Shown here in pieces: positions 53,809 to 64,000 of a DNA stretch of 64,000 nt. Every line of letters starts with the position of its first letter. Within the stretch, counting starts at the first letter, position 1. Position numbers and translations under genes: made by a program. Under the pieces are notes generated by a model that searched no databases, was not told the origin of the DNA, and saw nothing but the letters and a program-made list of their open reading frames with translations. Source of the stretch: Adineta vaga (taxonomy: Eukaryota; Animalia; Rotifera); NCBI GenBank assembly GCA_021613535.1, contig CP075493.1:11408001-11472000 (forward strand). The letters are read 5' to 3'.

Positions 53809-55074
53809 AATAATCTAAAGAGAAAAAAACAAAATCATTCTTATCAAGGTACTTGATATTTTGTACTTTGTCCTCGATCAGGTCGATCATATTTACATTT
53901 ATATCTCTTGTACTTGAAATATAAGTATTTCAAAAACTATATGATAATACACAAAGTTTTTAACTGCTCAGTCGATCAGGACAATGACTATCGTAATATG
54001 TATGTCAATATGCATATTACTCTCACATAATATCACATTCATTCATCAATGCAGCTATGAACATCAAGAATGTCCTTTATATGAAAAATATCATCATATA
54101 CACATTTTTTCGTCTTTTCTTTTTCTTTTCTCTTTATTCTTCGTATGTGACATAAGCAAAGCTACAGTATATACCGATGATATAACGATGCTCTATTGCT
54201 CTTTTACTTTGTCGTTGTGTTCATCAGAAATTATTGGTGCAAAATTTCATTATCACTACATCTTTTGTAATAATTTTTACATAAAAATATGTTGAAATTC
54301 ATCTGTGTTATATTAATGTTCTTTTCTTTATCTAAAGCTCAACTTAGTGGACTTTAAGCAACTGTAATGCGTGTCCAATCGTTAAAATAATTGCTATATG
54401 CTCAATATGCACAGAGTACATGTTATTACCAGATGACCAAGTTTCTACAGACAGACGGACAGGAAATTCTGTTTGTTAAATGTAGACAAGTTTCACCAGA
54501 TTAGTTTCTCTTAATAATTATTATGGGATAAACCGGGAATGAATTGAACTTTAGATGAAGAATCGGTGCCTAATCAAACGTCGATTCTTATTTCATTATT
54601 TTCCACAATGCGAGAGTTTGAGTGCGAGCTTGATAGTATAGATTTATTCTTCATTCATATATATACTTCATAAAATTTAGTCTTTTCATAGAAAGATAAC
54701 AATTCAATGAAAATCTAGGTCAAACTTTTATTATAGATCTGTAGTTGAAAGTTTCTTATGTATTTAGTCGAAAGTAAAGTAGTGATAGTTTGAATAGTAT
54801 AGAGCATGATATTGGTATGAAATAAAAGAAAAAAACAGAAGTTCTGGAATATTTAACTTGAAGAAATCAACGATATCCGCACAAAATATCATGTTATGCT
54901 TGTATACTGCCAAACGATCAATGAAAGATTGTGTACTCACCATTATGTAGCGTTCATTCAAGCCAATGGCAGTAATCTTTTCGTCAGATCTACATGTTAT
55001 ATTCTATTTTGCGTTTTCTAGGTTTTAATGTAATAGAGTCATTACTTTCTATTGGTGCTGATGTTGTCTGAATA

Positions 55075-55462
55075 TCAGCCGGTTTCAAGTTCAGTTAAAT
55101 CTGTTTCAAAATAATTATCATTTTCTCGAAAGGATGTTATTTTCCTAGTCAATTCATCACATTCACGTTCCATTTCAGCAACGATTAGTTGATGAACTTG
55201 CTGTCGAGTATTTTCGGCTGTTTCGATTACCGTTTGCAACATTGATTTTTCCCAATCATTAATCGTCGTTAAGTATTGCTTTGTCAATATTACGGGTAAC
55301 TCCGCCATACGCGAACGAAAAATATCTCTCTGTTCAGCAATACTATCAAGCTTGTTATTTAGTGCTTGGCCATGTTCGACATAATGAGATAGACAGACTG
55401 ACTGTCGACATCCTTCACATACATGTTGCACATTTATTCATTGTTCCTTTGCTCGATGCCAT
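55075..55462 (-). pseudogene. B-box-like zinc finger + coiled-coil protein, frameshifted near the 5' end
   Basis: MASSKGTMNKCATC then shifts to CEGCRQSVCLSHYVEH; coiled coil with INDWE and NYFETDL, typical of rotifer B-box/TRIM-like short proteins. Confidence 0.6.
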
Positions 55463-56321
55463 TATAAATCACAGCAGAATTGAAATATGCTTATACGTTT
55501 AAATTTGTGTATTTTTCTCTGTTAAACACATTGCGGACGCGTTTAGCGCTGAAAATATTTCTACTTCAACTGTTTACTCACGAATGAGAGAGAAAAGAAT
55601 AATCTTACAACACAACTACACACAATAATTTTATGTGCTAAGTATGAAGAGAACGTTAGTTGACTTTAATTTCTGGAAAAAAAATATGTATAGAAAGACA
55701 AGTAAACTCGGTATATCAAAGATATGAATTGATCTATTAAGCCATCGTTATTGAAATCAGAGTTTATTCGTACATTAGTCAAATAAAGAAATATCAATAT
55801 TCTCATAATACACAGATGTCCAATACAATCCAAATCATATAGATGTGGAAAATTATTCGAAAATCATTATTATTTTTCTTTTTTCTTAGCTAAAATGTTC
55901 ACTGTTGATACATATTCCGAATATATATAATTACTATATCATTGTCAAATTAAGAGCTTAACGATGTTTATTTCAAGCATGTAAATTATTACATTTTGTA
56001 ATTATATTCAGAGAAAAACCATAAAACATCGAAAAAAGTGTATTTTTCCCATTAATAGCTTTTCCTGTTATATTAACAGCTAAAATATCATGGCAATGCA
56101 TACTTGAAAAAGAAGTCTATTATTCTTTCATATTACCAATTTCAAAAGTTCATTTTATTTGTTGTTTATCATCATTATATGCGCATAAGATATGGTAGTT
56201 GTTATCTCAAACTTTTCCATTCACAGAAAATGTTCATGTATATTCATCAAAAATATAAATAATTTTGTTCTAGTTTGGTTATAAATTATAACTATCTCCA
56301 AAATAGTTATCATCTTATCAT

Positions 56322-57732
56322 ATGACTATGAAACGTTCTACAAAAAATATAGTGATATATGTATCAATTGGTATCATAGTAACGGTAGCTGCTCTTGCAG
56401 TAATTATATTTACTGTATGGAAAAATAATAAAAGTGAAATAAAAAGTAAGATTTTTCCAACTGTTATCTGATGAACATTTATTTCCTCATTTTGTTTCTT
56501 TTTTTTGTCGAAATACTTCGTACGAATCATCTTCTCTACTTAAATATGAATTTATAGGATCTACAGTAAAAAGCACCACGACTAGAGTAACAACTCTTAC
56601 TACTGTTAGTCGTCTTACAACACTACCCTCCACAAGTACCATTGATACTACGACAAGAGGTTTGTTACTTGATTTTCGTACCAACACTAGTAATTCAGGT
56701 TTCTTAGTTATGACTCTCTTTTGAACAAAATCTACATACTATTACTGTTCTTCAATAAAAATTGACGTCATTTTTCATAAATTTTTATTTTATTATTTTA
56801 CTAGTTACATCACCTATAATAGTAACTGAATATTCGTCGGCCTTAACTAGATCTAGTCAAAAAATATGCGATGCAATGAATTGTGAAAACAATTATCGGT
56901 TTTTTCAAGCTCTTGAACTGACTGTACCTGTAGCAGGTAACTATACTATCGAATCCGTTAGTGCTATGGATACAGATGGTTATCTGTACACCAATGATTT
57001 TGATTCCTCCTATATGGGTTTAAACGAGCTCGCATATGATGATGATACCGCCGGCAATGGACAATTTTTAATCACACAATACCTTCAGACGTCAGTACGG
57101 TATATTGTGGTACTATCAAACGTACGCAGAAATATGACAGGAACTTACAAGATCATATTTAGTGGTTTAGGATCGATCAATCTGTCTCCAATAAATGTAA
57201 CAGGTAAGAATCTCATCTACTTAGAATACAAAAAGTAACTACAACACATTGAAGTGCTCGTTAAATATTAAATTTAACATAATAATCACTAAGTTATTGT
57301 AGAGAAACACTCTTCTCATATTATTTCTTCTATTTGATTAGGAAGTCCATTGAGTTTATCGTGCTCATCACACTTAACTATTGACAATCCAAAATTCCGT
57401 CGACCATATTCTTCGTCATCATCATCATTTTATTACACTGCACTGAATATCAATGTGAGTATCAGTGGATATTATAGAATATCATCCTATAGTTATATCT
57501 GGATACGTATGGATACATTTATAGCAACAGTTTTAATCCTTCGATGCCGTCGCAAAATATTATACTATCAGACGATGATACGGGTGGCTATACAGAATTC
57601 TTATTGAGCTTATTTATTAGTACGACAGCAAAATATATATTAGTTGCTACAACATATCATCCCAACAAAACAGGTTCACTTTATATCTTTACAAATGATG
57701 CACAATCTATCAATTTCATTCCCAGACCATGA
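56322..57732 (+). CDS. Type II membrane protein with Thr-rich stalk and two PPC-like beta-sandwich repeats; frameshift near 57497
   Basis: N-terminal TM (VIYVSIGIIVTVAALAVIIF); Thr-rich exon; repeats G.Y.I.S.S.MDTDGYLY..F....L..DDDTAGNGQF and DTYGYIY..F....DDDTGG..EF..Y.LVATT; short introns. Confidence 0.7.
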
Positions 57733-58939
57733 TTCGAAAAATACAACTTCTAGCATTCACTGAACTAGTCGTTTCTATAACTTTTCACAAAAAAATAATC
57801 GCATGTAAATTTAAATTAATCTTTTCATATTTCTTCACACAATAAATATTATATATCACTGTTCAATTACTTATAGAGTAAATATTCTAATACTATTCTA
57901 TAAAAATTAATTGTATGTCCTCACAAAGAATTTGTTTCACTTGAGAAAACAAATAATACATAATATAATCATTTTTCTCTATAAAATAAGAAAAATTTTC
58001 ATTATATTTCAAGTAGTTTTATGATATATCAATAATTGCTAACAAAAACGACAGTTAATTGAGTAACATATATATACACACTTTCGATATGAAGAGTAAA
58101 TACAATTGCATCGCTGCATATTAATCGAAGAAGAAAATTAATTTATTTCAACTACATAGATTATTGACATGAGACTTAGACAAGGGGGTGAATCGAACAT
58201 ATATATTCGTTTTGTCTATGAGTCCAATAAGAAATATATTACGTTTCTTTATTTGTATAAGAATCTTTGTATTGAGATATATGTGTTATCATTAGACGAC
58301 GAGCTAGAGTAATGATTTTGATTAGAAAGAGTTTCCATCGAAGTAAATCTATGTTTACCTCATTTGAATAATTAGTTAGGATTAATGATAGTGCTCATCA
58401 AAAACGGAATGATCAACTAAGAGAAAAATATTTTGTCCATAATTTGTATTCTTTCAAGTATTTTCCTATAAAACTGAGTTACAATCCAAAATTTAAATCA
58501 AAAACAGTAAAGCTTACTTTTGAATTAAATAATGAAAGCGAAGTATAAAAACATTTCTTTGTCGAGAAAGAACTTTCATTTTAAACACTGCTCATAATAA
58601 AAGATTATTTAAATACAACTGTAATGATTATTCCAATTCGATTTACTATGCGATGCTTTTTGTCAATTTTAACTTTTGTATGTAGATGTAGAACTATTTT
58701 CATGCCATTTCGTCTTTAATAGTTTCTTCTTTTGCTGTTCTTATTATTTCAAAGTACTTTTTTTCGTTTGAAATTTAATAAAAAGAAAAACATTTTACAA
58801 GAAAAGAAAAGAAAAGAAAAGACTTGTTGTATGAATGTTCTTTCAAAATATTAAAGGATGGAAAAAAAATGAAATCTGCCCCATGTGAAAATCACGAAGA
58901 AATTCCATTTAGATCTTTTTTCAATAAAATATAATTAAA

Positions 58940-59944
58940 ATGGTTGATTGGATCAAATTACTAAAATTTCTACCATTATTAATCGTCATTATTCCTCTTT
59001 GTTTCGTATACAATCAATCGTACATAAATATAAAAGTATCAATTCAACAAAATTGTTCTTGTGCATTTGACTGTATTTCTTCTTGTCAAATATCTAACAA
59101 TCCACAACGTACATTGATGTACATTATTTGGGGTAAAGGTGGATATTGTAGCGAAATGAATCAATTATTATTAGCATTTGCGTATAGTGTATACACCGAA
59201 CGACATTTTATCATTGATGATCGAAAATGGAATTATGGAAAGTTTTCGAATTATTTTCATTTACCATTATCACAATATTATCCTCATTCAAATCGTGTTT
59301 ATCTTGGTAAAAATGATAGTGAAAATGACTTCATAGATCATGCCCAGACAACACGTACCGGTAATATATTAAATCGCTTTTGGATTGCTTCATTAAAAGT
59401 TCAATCTTTACAAAATATTCGTTATGTTACTCATTATCTATGGAAATCCTTATCAAATGAATCATATCAATTTATTGAAAAACATCGAATCAAACATCTA
59501 TCAAACTATATCGGTATTCATGTTCGACGAGGAGATAAATTGATTAAAGAAGCTCGTGAAATACCATTGATGGAATATATTACATTAATTGAAGGAATAT
59601 TAAATCGAAAGAGAAAAATGTATTATATCTTTGTTGCATCAGATGATCATACAGTAATTGAAGAATTACGTGAATTGAAACCAGAATGGAATTTTATAGG
59701 TATAAATCGAAAGAAACATCGACGAATAAATACGACAGGTCATGATCAACAAAATTTTAATCAATTATCAAAAAAAGATAAAATTTTTGAAACACGTTTA
59801 TTTATGTGTGAATTACAAATGTTAAAGTATGCAAAATATGTTTTATGTGGAATGTCATCAAATGTTTGTCGTTTTATACAAGCTCTAAGACATCAAAATT
59901 CATCGACTCTTATTTCATTAGATCAACGATGGCGTTCTACCTAA
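58940..59944 (+). CDS. Alpha-1,6-fucosyltransferase-like (GT23, FUT8/NodZ type), intronless
   Basis: Type II TM; GGYCSEMN; IGIHVRRGDKL..EA (motif I); IFVASDD (motif II); SSNVCR (motif III). No SH3 tail seen. Confidence 0.85.
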   Translation: MVDWIKLLKFLPLLIVIIPLCFVYNQSYINIKVSIQQNCSCAFDCISSCQISNNPQRTLMYIIWGKGGYCSEMNQLLLAFAYSVYTERHFIIDDRKWNYGKFSNYFHLPLSQYYPHSNRVYLGKNDSENDFIDHAQTTRTGNILNRFWIASLKVQSLQNIRYVTHYLWKSLSNESYQFIEKHRIKHLSNYIGIHVRRGDKLIKEAREIPLMEYITLIEGILNRKRKMYYIFVASDDHTVIEELRELKPEWNFIGINRKKHRRINTTGHDQQNFNQLSKKDKIFETRLFMCELQMLKYAKYVLCGMSSNVCRFIQALRHQNSSTLISLDQRWRST

Positions 59945-60274
59945 GAATATTATGATCAAAACGTTTAGTTAGGTTTTTATTTATCGTGATGTTCTTTACC
60001 TTTTCGTTTGTTTAACCTTTGGTAATTTAGTTGCTTAAATGAATTCTAAAATGTGTCTAGGTCAACTTCGAATTTTCAATCATGTTATTGCTACGCATAC
60101 AGAACTATTTCATTCTTTTAACAATACCGTTCGAAAAAAATAGTGGTGGTAGAGTTTTATTTCATACTTCGGATCAAGATGGAATGGTTAATCGACTTAA
60201 AAAAATGATGCTCTTTGTCAAACTGAAATCACGAGTGCCAAAGATGAACAATAAAGTATTCGAAAGAGAAATGT

Positions 60275-62053
60275 CTATTGAAAACGTTTCAGAGGATCCC
60301 ACCAAATAAATCGAGTACTAAATTCTGCTAACACTCGTTTTACTGTTTTGTACAATTGTAAATTTGAATCATGATGATAATTGGAAAGTGCACTAGCATA
60401 TTGTGGAATATTTTCTGCCCATTTTTTAAGTGCATTGAGTTCAATTTTATCAGAAAACACTCCGTAGCCTAACTTTTGTAAATACCATGCATTCAATACT
60501 TGTTCATATTGGTTTTCAACAGGTACACTAAAGAATGGTCGTTGTAGACTAATTGCTTCATTCATAAGTGAAAGTCCATCATTAGCAATAACACCTTTTG
60601 CACATGCTAAATCATCAACAAAACCTTGTTCAGAAAAACCTTTCAAATGTAAATTACCAATGATCTCTTCACGACCAAGTCCATAAACAATACATTTTTC
60701 ACCAAAAGCGGCGAGAGTAGAAAGTAAAGTCGTATCACTTTTACTACTTTGATATACAAGAAAATGTTCACCCTGTTCAGCTGGTATTGTCTTAACATCA
60801 AGAATAGCTTGACGAAGAATTGGCGGAACAAGTGTTGTTTTCGATTTATATTTTTCACGTTTCTCTGGTGTAAAGAAACCAGTAATAATATAATGATCAC
60901 AAGAAGGTAATTTTACTTTAACAAAATTTTTATATGTATTAAATGATCTGGGATCTGATTCTCTTGCTTCATCTGGAATAACACATCGTTGTACTACATG
61001 TTGATTATCAATTGAAAGAATGGATAAACCATGAGCTTTAGCAAACATATAAGCAAAACTATCAAAATCACTAATGACAGCTTGTGGTCTCCAAAAAGTA
61101 AGATTTCGATAATATGCACCAAGATTTTTATTCAACATAGTTGGCATACGTTGCATGGTATGTAATACAGATGCTTTTTCGTCGAAGACATTGTTTACAT
61201 ATTGCATTGTTAACCCTTCAATTTCCACAATATCAATTGCTGCTTTATCTGTAGTTGCTTCAGCACAACGTGGATATCGATTGGAAAAACTATCATGAAG
61301 AAATTTATATGCCCGATTACTAACGACAACTTTAACATGATGTCCTTCGTTCATAAGGATTTCAAGGGTTACTTTCGATCGTGTACTGTGGCCAAGTCCC
61401 TCACCTACGATTCCGTATAGAATACGCATATGTTTAGATTTCGAAGGTTCTATAAAAGGTGTCAATGCTAAACGAACAATACGATTAGCTTCATCTTGTA
61501 TCGTTTGGATATTTTTATCATCACCAAGTGAAATCGAAAGAATCTTGATATTTGTATTGATAAATGATTTATTGAATTGATCAATAAATTTATGTAAAAC
61601 AACTTTCGATGCATAATCTTGAACAAATCCAGTGAAGGAATTCATTTTCGTATAACTATAGACATTGATAATGGAACTTGAAGAAGACTTTTGTAGTAAA
61701 GAAATCAATGTTTCTGATGTATTCAATGTACGAAAAAAATCGTGTGCATCAAAACCTTGCTTTGATAGAAGATTGATTTTAAATTGACCATTATCAAGTA
61801 ATATACCAGTATTAATTAATATATCTAATTTACCAAATTCTTCATCGATTTGTTTTATCATATTGTCCGTAGTATTTAACAGAATAAACTTTGGCTGAAT
61901 ATCTTCATCGTTTAACATTTTCGTTACTCTTTCGAGTTTATTTCCATTGTTGGAATAATAAATAACACATATACCTTTCTTTCCTAACTGATAAACTATT
62001 TCATCTTCGACTTCATGACCTGTGCCAAGGATTAAAGCAGTAATCAATGACAT
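60275..62053 (-). CDS. Fusion of degenerate SDR-like Rossmann domain and MJ1255/VC2487-type GT-B glycosyltransferase, intronless
   Basis: N-terminal TALILG..., EFGKLDILINTG, IINVYS, YASK, TNIKILSI (SDR remnants). From about 61430: MRILYGIVGEGLGHSTRS, ISDFD, SIDNQH, LVPPILR, FLVYQ, G.SLMNEA..P.FSVP..QYEQVLNA. Confidence 0.85.
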   Translation of the reverse strand: MSLITALILGTGHEVEDEIVYQLGKKGICVIYYSNNGNKLERVTKMLNDEDIQPKFILLNTTDNMIKQIDEEFGKLDILINTGILLDNGQFKINLLSKQGFDAHDFFRTLNTSETLISLLQKSSSSSIINVYSYTKMNSFTGFVQDYASKVVLHKFIDQFNKSFINTNIKILSISLGDDKNIQTIQDEANRIVRLALTPFIEPSKSKHMRILYGIVGEGLGHSTRSKVTLEILMNEGHHVKVVVSNRAYKFLHDSFSNRYPRCAEATTDKAAIDIVEIEGLTMQYVNNVFDEKASVLHTMQRMPTMLNKNLGAYYRNLTFWRPQAVISDFDSFAYMFAKAHGLSILSIDNQHVVQRCVIPDEARESDPRSFNTYKNFVKVKLPSCDHYIITGFFTPEKREKYKSKTTLVPPILRQAILDVKTIPAEQGEHFLVYQSSKSDTTLLSTLAAFGEKCIVYGLGREEIIGNLHLKGFSEQGFVDDLACAKGVIANDGLSLMNEAISLQRPFFSVPVENQYEQVLNAWYLQKLGYGVFSDKIELNALKKWAENIPQYASALSNYHHDSNLQLYKTVKRVLAEFSTRFIWWDPLKRFQ

Positions 62054-62322
62054 TTGCGAAACCTAGTGATCTAAAATCAAAGAGACTATAATATTGCATG
62101 ATCATTTTCATCGTTTTGTCAAAATTGCGAAAAAACTATAAAAACGTGAAAAAAACCCTTTTTCACGCACATTTACTTCACTTTCATAATATCAGTTTTC
62201 AACAACATACATGTATATAACGTTGTAATTGCAAACGTGTGGTTCGTATCGGACGATATTTACCTTTAGTACTAAACAAATATAACGTGCAGCACATTCT
62301 TCTTACTAGTTAAATAAATTAT

Positions 62323-62607
62323 CTACACGAAAATGTAATAACATTTACAGACTACAGAAAATTCATAGATATTATTTATTATATTTTTGAAAAAATTGAA
62401 ATCGTTGACCATAATAAAACTTGATTGACTATTGATTCCAGTAGAAAAGGTTGTTGGTGAATGGAAACTTCCATTCTTTCTTCCTAGAAGTACACTGATA
62501 CTATTCAAATCCCCGTTAGAAATGACAAGATCAATATATCCGTTATAATTGAAATTCCCTATAGCGAGAGCATTTGGAGAACTGTAATGTTCGGTCGAAA
62601 AAGTCAT
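62323..62607 (-). pseudogene. Isolated FG-GAP/VCBS repeat fragment
   Basis: P.ALAIGNFNYNGYIDLVISN...ISVLLG..NGSF...DFN; about 1.5 repeats with no credible gene around them. Confidence 0.6.
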
Positions 62608-63059
62608 TTGATCTGTTCGAGTATTATCCTCCTGATCTAAGAATATCCCTACAAGATCAGACGAATACAGTCTATGCCATAAAAAGAATGAAGAAAACAG
62701 AGCTTTTGCTCTCTATCATATAAGAGAGGACATTCAGCCGTCAAATATGAAAAATAAAAAATTTCGTTCGACTTTTTTCTGTCTTCTCTAGAGTGCGTAA
62801 GATATTCGTATATTTTTGAAAGAATACATATAAAATTTGCTCAAACCTCGCTTAGTCTTATTTTAGACATCGATTATAAATATATACATTTATTCATGAA
62901 GTTTTTTTAAATGAGACGTTTGTTAGAATATATCATAAACATTTTTATAGCGAGATGTCTAATTGTACTTAATTACTAACATCACTAAATGAACACAACA
63001 GCAAAATTTTCAAACAAACGAATAGTAACGAGACACTATCGTGAGCATTCCAATTATTT

Positions 63060-63947
63060 TTACGCTACTCTTGCCACGACTACATTTGTTGGTCGTTTTA
63101 TTTTTTTCATCAGGCACGTTTTAAGTGGTTCAGTAAATTGAAATAAACAGATCATAACGAATACATAGGATAAAGTAACACATATAAGAGCAATCCGAAA
63201 ATGATATTTCGGTGGATTGATAAACAGTGACATAATAACAAAGACTTCATAAGGAAAACAAACGAATACTAAAATCATTACTAGTATAACTATACGTCGG
63301 ATCATTTGTAATTCTCTTCGTGCACGAGATAAAGCATTTACAGAGATAACATGTTTACTCATATGTTGAACATATCGTATTAATTTCATATAAATAAGCA
63401 TAATCAATAGGATTGGAATTGTGTAAATACAAAGTGCCATATAAAGCATTGAAAATGAACGGCGAAGAGGTAGTTGACATATTTGATTGTCAATATTATA
63501 CATAATTTCATTAGTAAACAAAAATACAAAAGGATAGATAATACTGAATAGCCATGCAGAAGCAATAAGTAAAACTTGAAATTTTACTGAATGCCAGAAT
63601 GTACGAGTTGGATATACCACCGTAACATACCTGAATATTGCTTGTATTAAAAATGAATAATTTAATGCAGCACATGTCACATAACCAACATAAGCACGAA
63701 CTACGCAAAGTGAATCTTGATATTCTGTTTGTTTTATATCATTGTGAAACGTGAAAAACCATAAACTAAAGCAACCACATCCGAATACAAGTGCAGCTAA
63801 ACATGAATTTGTCGTTAAGATCATTGAAACCGTATGACATGCTTTATCAATCAAAATGATGCATAGGAATAAGATAGAAAGTAAAATTCCAATAAGAGAG
63901 CAAATAATCATAAAAATATCGGAGGGAATAAACCATGATTCAATCAT
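63060..63947 (-). CDS. Orphan class A GPCR, intronless
   Basis: Seven TMs; NSCLA in TM2; SLC..RAY; IQAIFRY; CFPY in TM6. Confidence 0.85.
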   Translation of the reverse strand: MIESWFIPSDIFMIICSLIGILLSILFLCIILIDKACHTVSMILTTNSCLAALVFGCGCFSLWFFTFHNDIKQTEYQDSLCVVRAYVGYVTCAALNYSFLIQAIFRYVTVVYPTRTFWHSVKFQVLLIASAWLFSIIYPFVFLFTNEIMYNIDNQICQLPLRRSFSMLYMALCIYTIPILLIMLIYMKLIRYVQHMSKHVISVNALSRARRELQMIRRIVILVMILVFVCFPYEVFVIMSLFINPPKYHFRIALICVTLSYVFVMICLFQFTEPLKTCLMKKIKRPTNVVVARVA

Positions 63948-64000
63948 TATGATGAACGAACGAGAAGAAGACACTACTGTTATTAAAAAGAAAAGAGAAA

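Noticed and set aside
53984-54961. Hydrophobic ORFs 53984-54295 and 54764-54961
   Set aside because: Low-complexity AT-rich intergenic/UTR translations with no domain signal.
1-64000. Prokaryotic operon, CRISPR array, tRNA/rRNA or intact transposon
   Set aside because: Spliceosomal introns throughout; no repeat-spacer arrays, structured RNA genes, transposase/RT motifs or terminal repeats were seen by eye. Short non-autonomous elements could have been missed.

Overview
This is AT-rich, gene-dense eukaryotic DNA with many short (mostly about 50-65 bp) GT-AG introns. The gene repertoire points to a bdelloid rotifer (Adineta/Rotaria-like): expanded orphan class A GPCRs, an LDLa-EGF-GPCR, an F-box/LRR-like relic, a PPC-repeat protein, Cys-rich 2-TM repeat proteins and several intronless microbial-type genes. 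The taxon is inferred, not proven. About 25 genes or pseudogenes are supportable. I saw no rRNA, tRNA, CRISPR or recognisable transposase/RT. Highlights: (1) an NAD/ADP-ribose-themed cluster at 37.6-46.8 kb, with a PARP14-like KH-type/macro protein ending in a TIR domain, a head-to-head dead paralog, and an NMNAT-like nucleotidyltransferase fused to an APH/EcKL kinase; (2) one gene with three tandem 2-TM Cys-rich-loop units, possibly a single-chain trimeric channel; (3) a C-type lectin-EGF-STRA6 fusion; (4) a large NO VEIN/sacsin-like GHKL ATPase-DUF3883 nuclease; (5) candidate foreign genes (glutathionylspermidine amidase/synthetase, SDR-glycosyltransferase fusion, hemerythrin, fungal-type Cys-rich peptide, EEP hydrolase). 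Many genes carry 1-2 bp indels or in-frame stops, so true pseudogenes and assembly errors cannot always be told apart. Domain calls come from motif recognition by eye, and gene boundaries are approximate.
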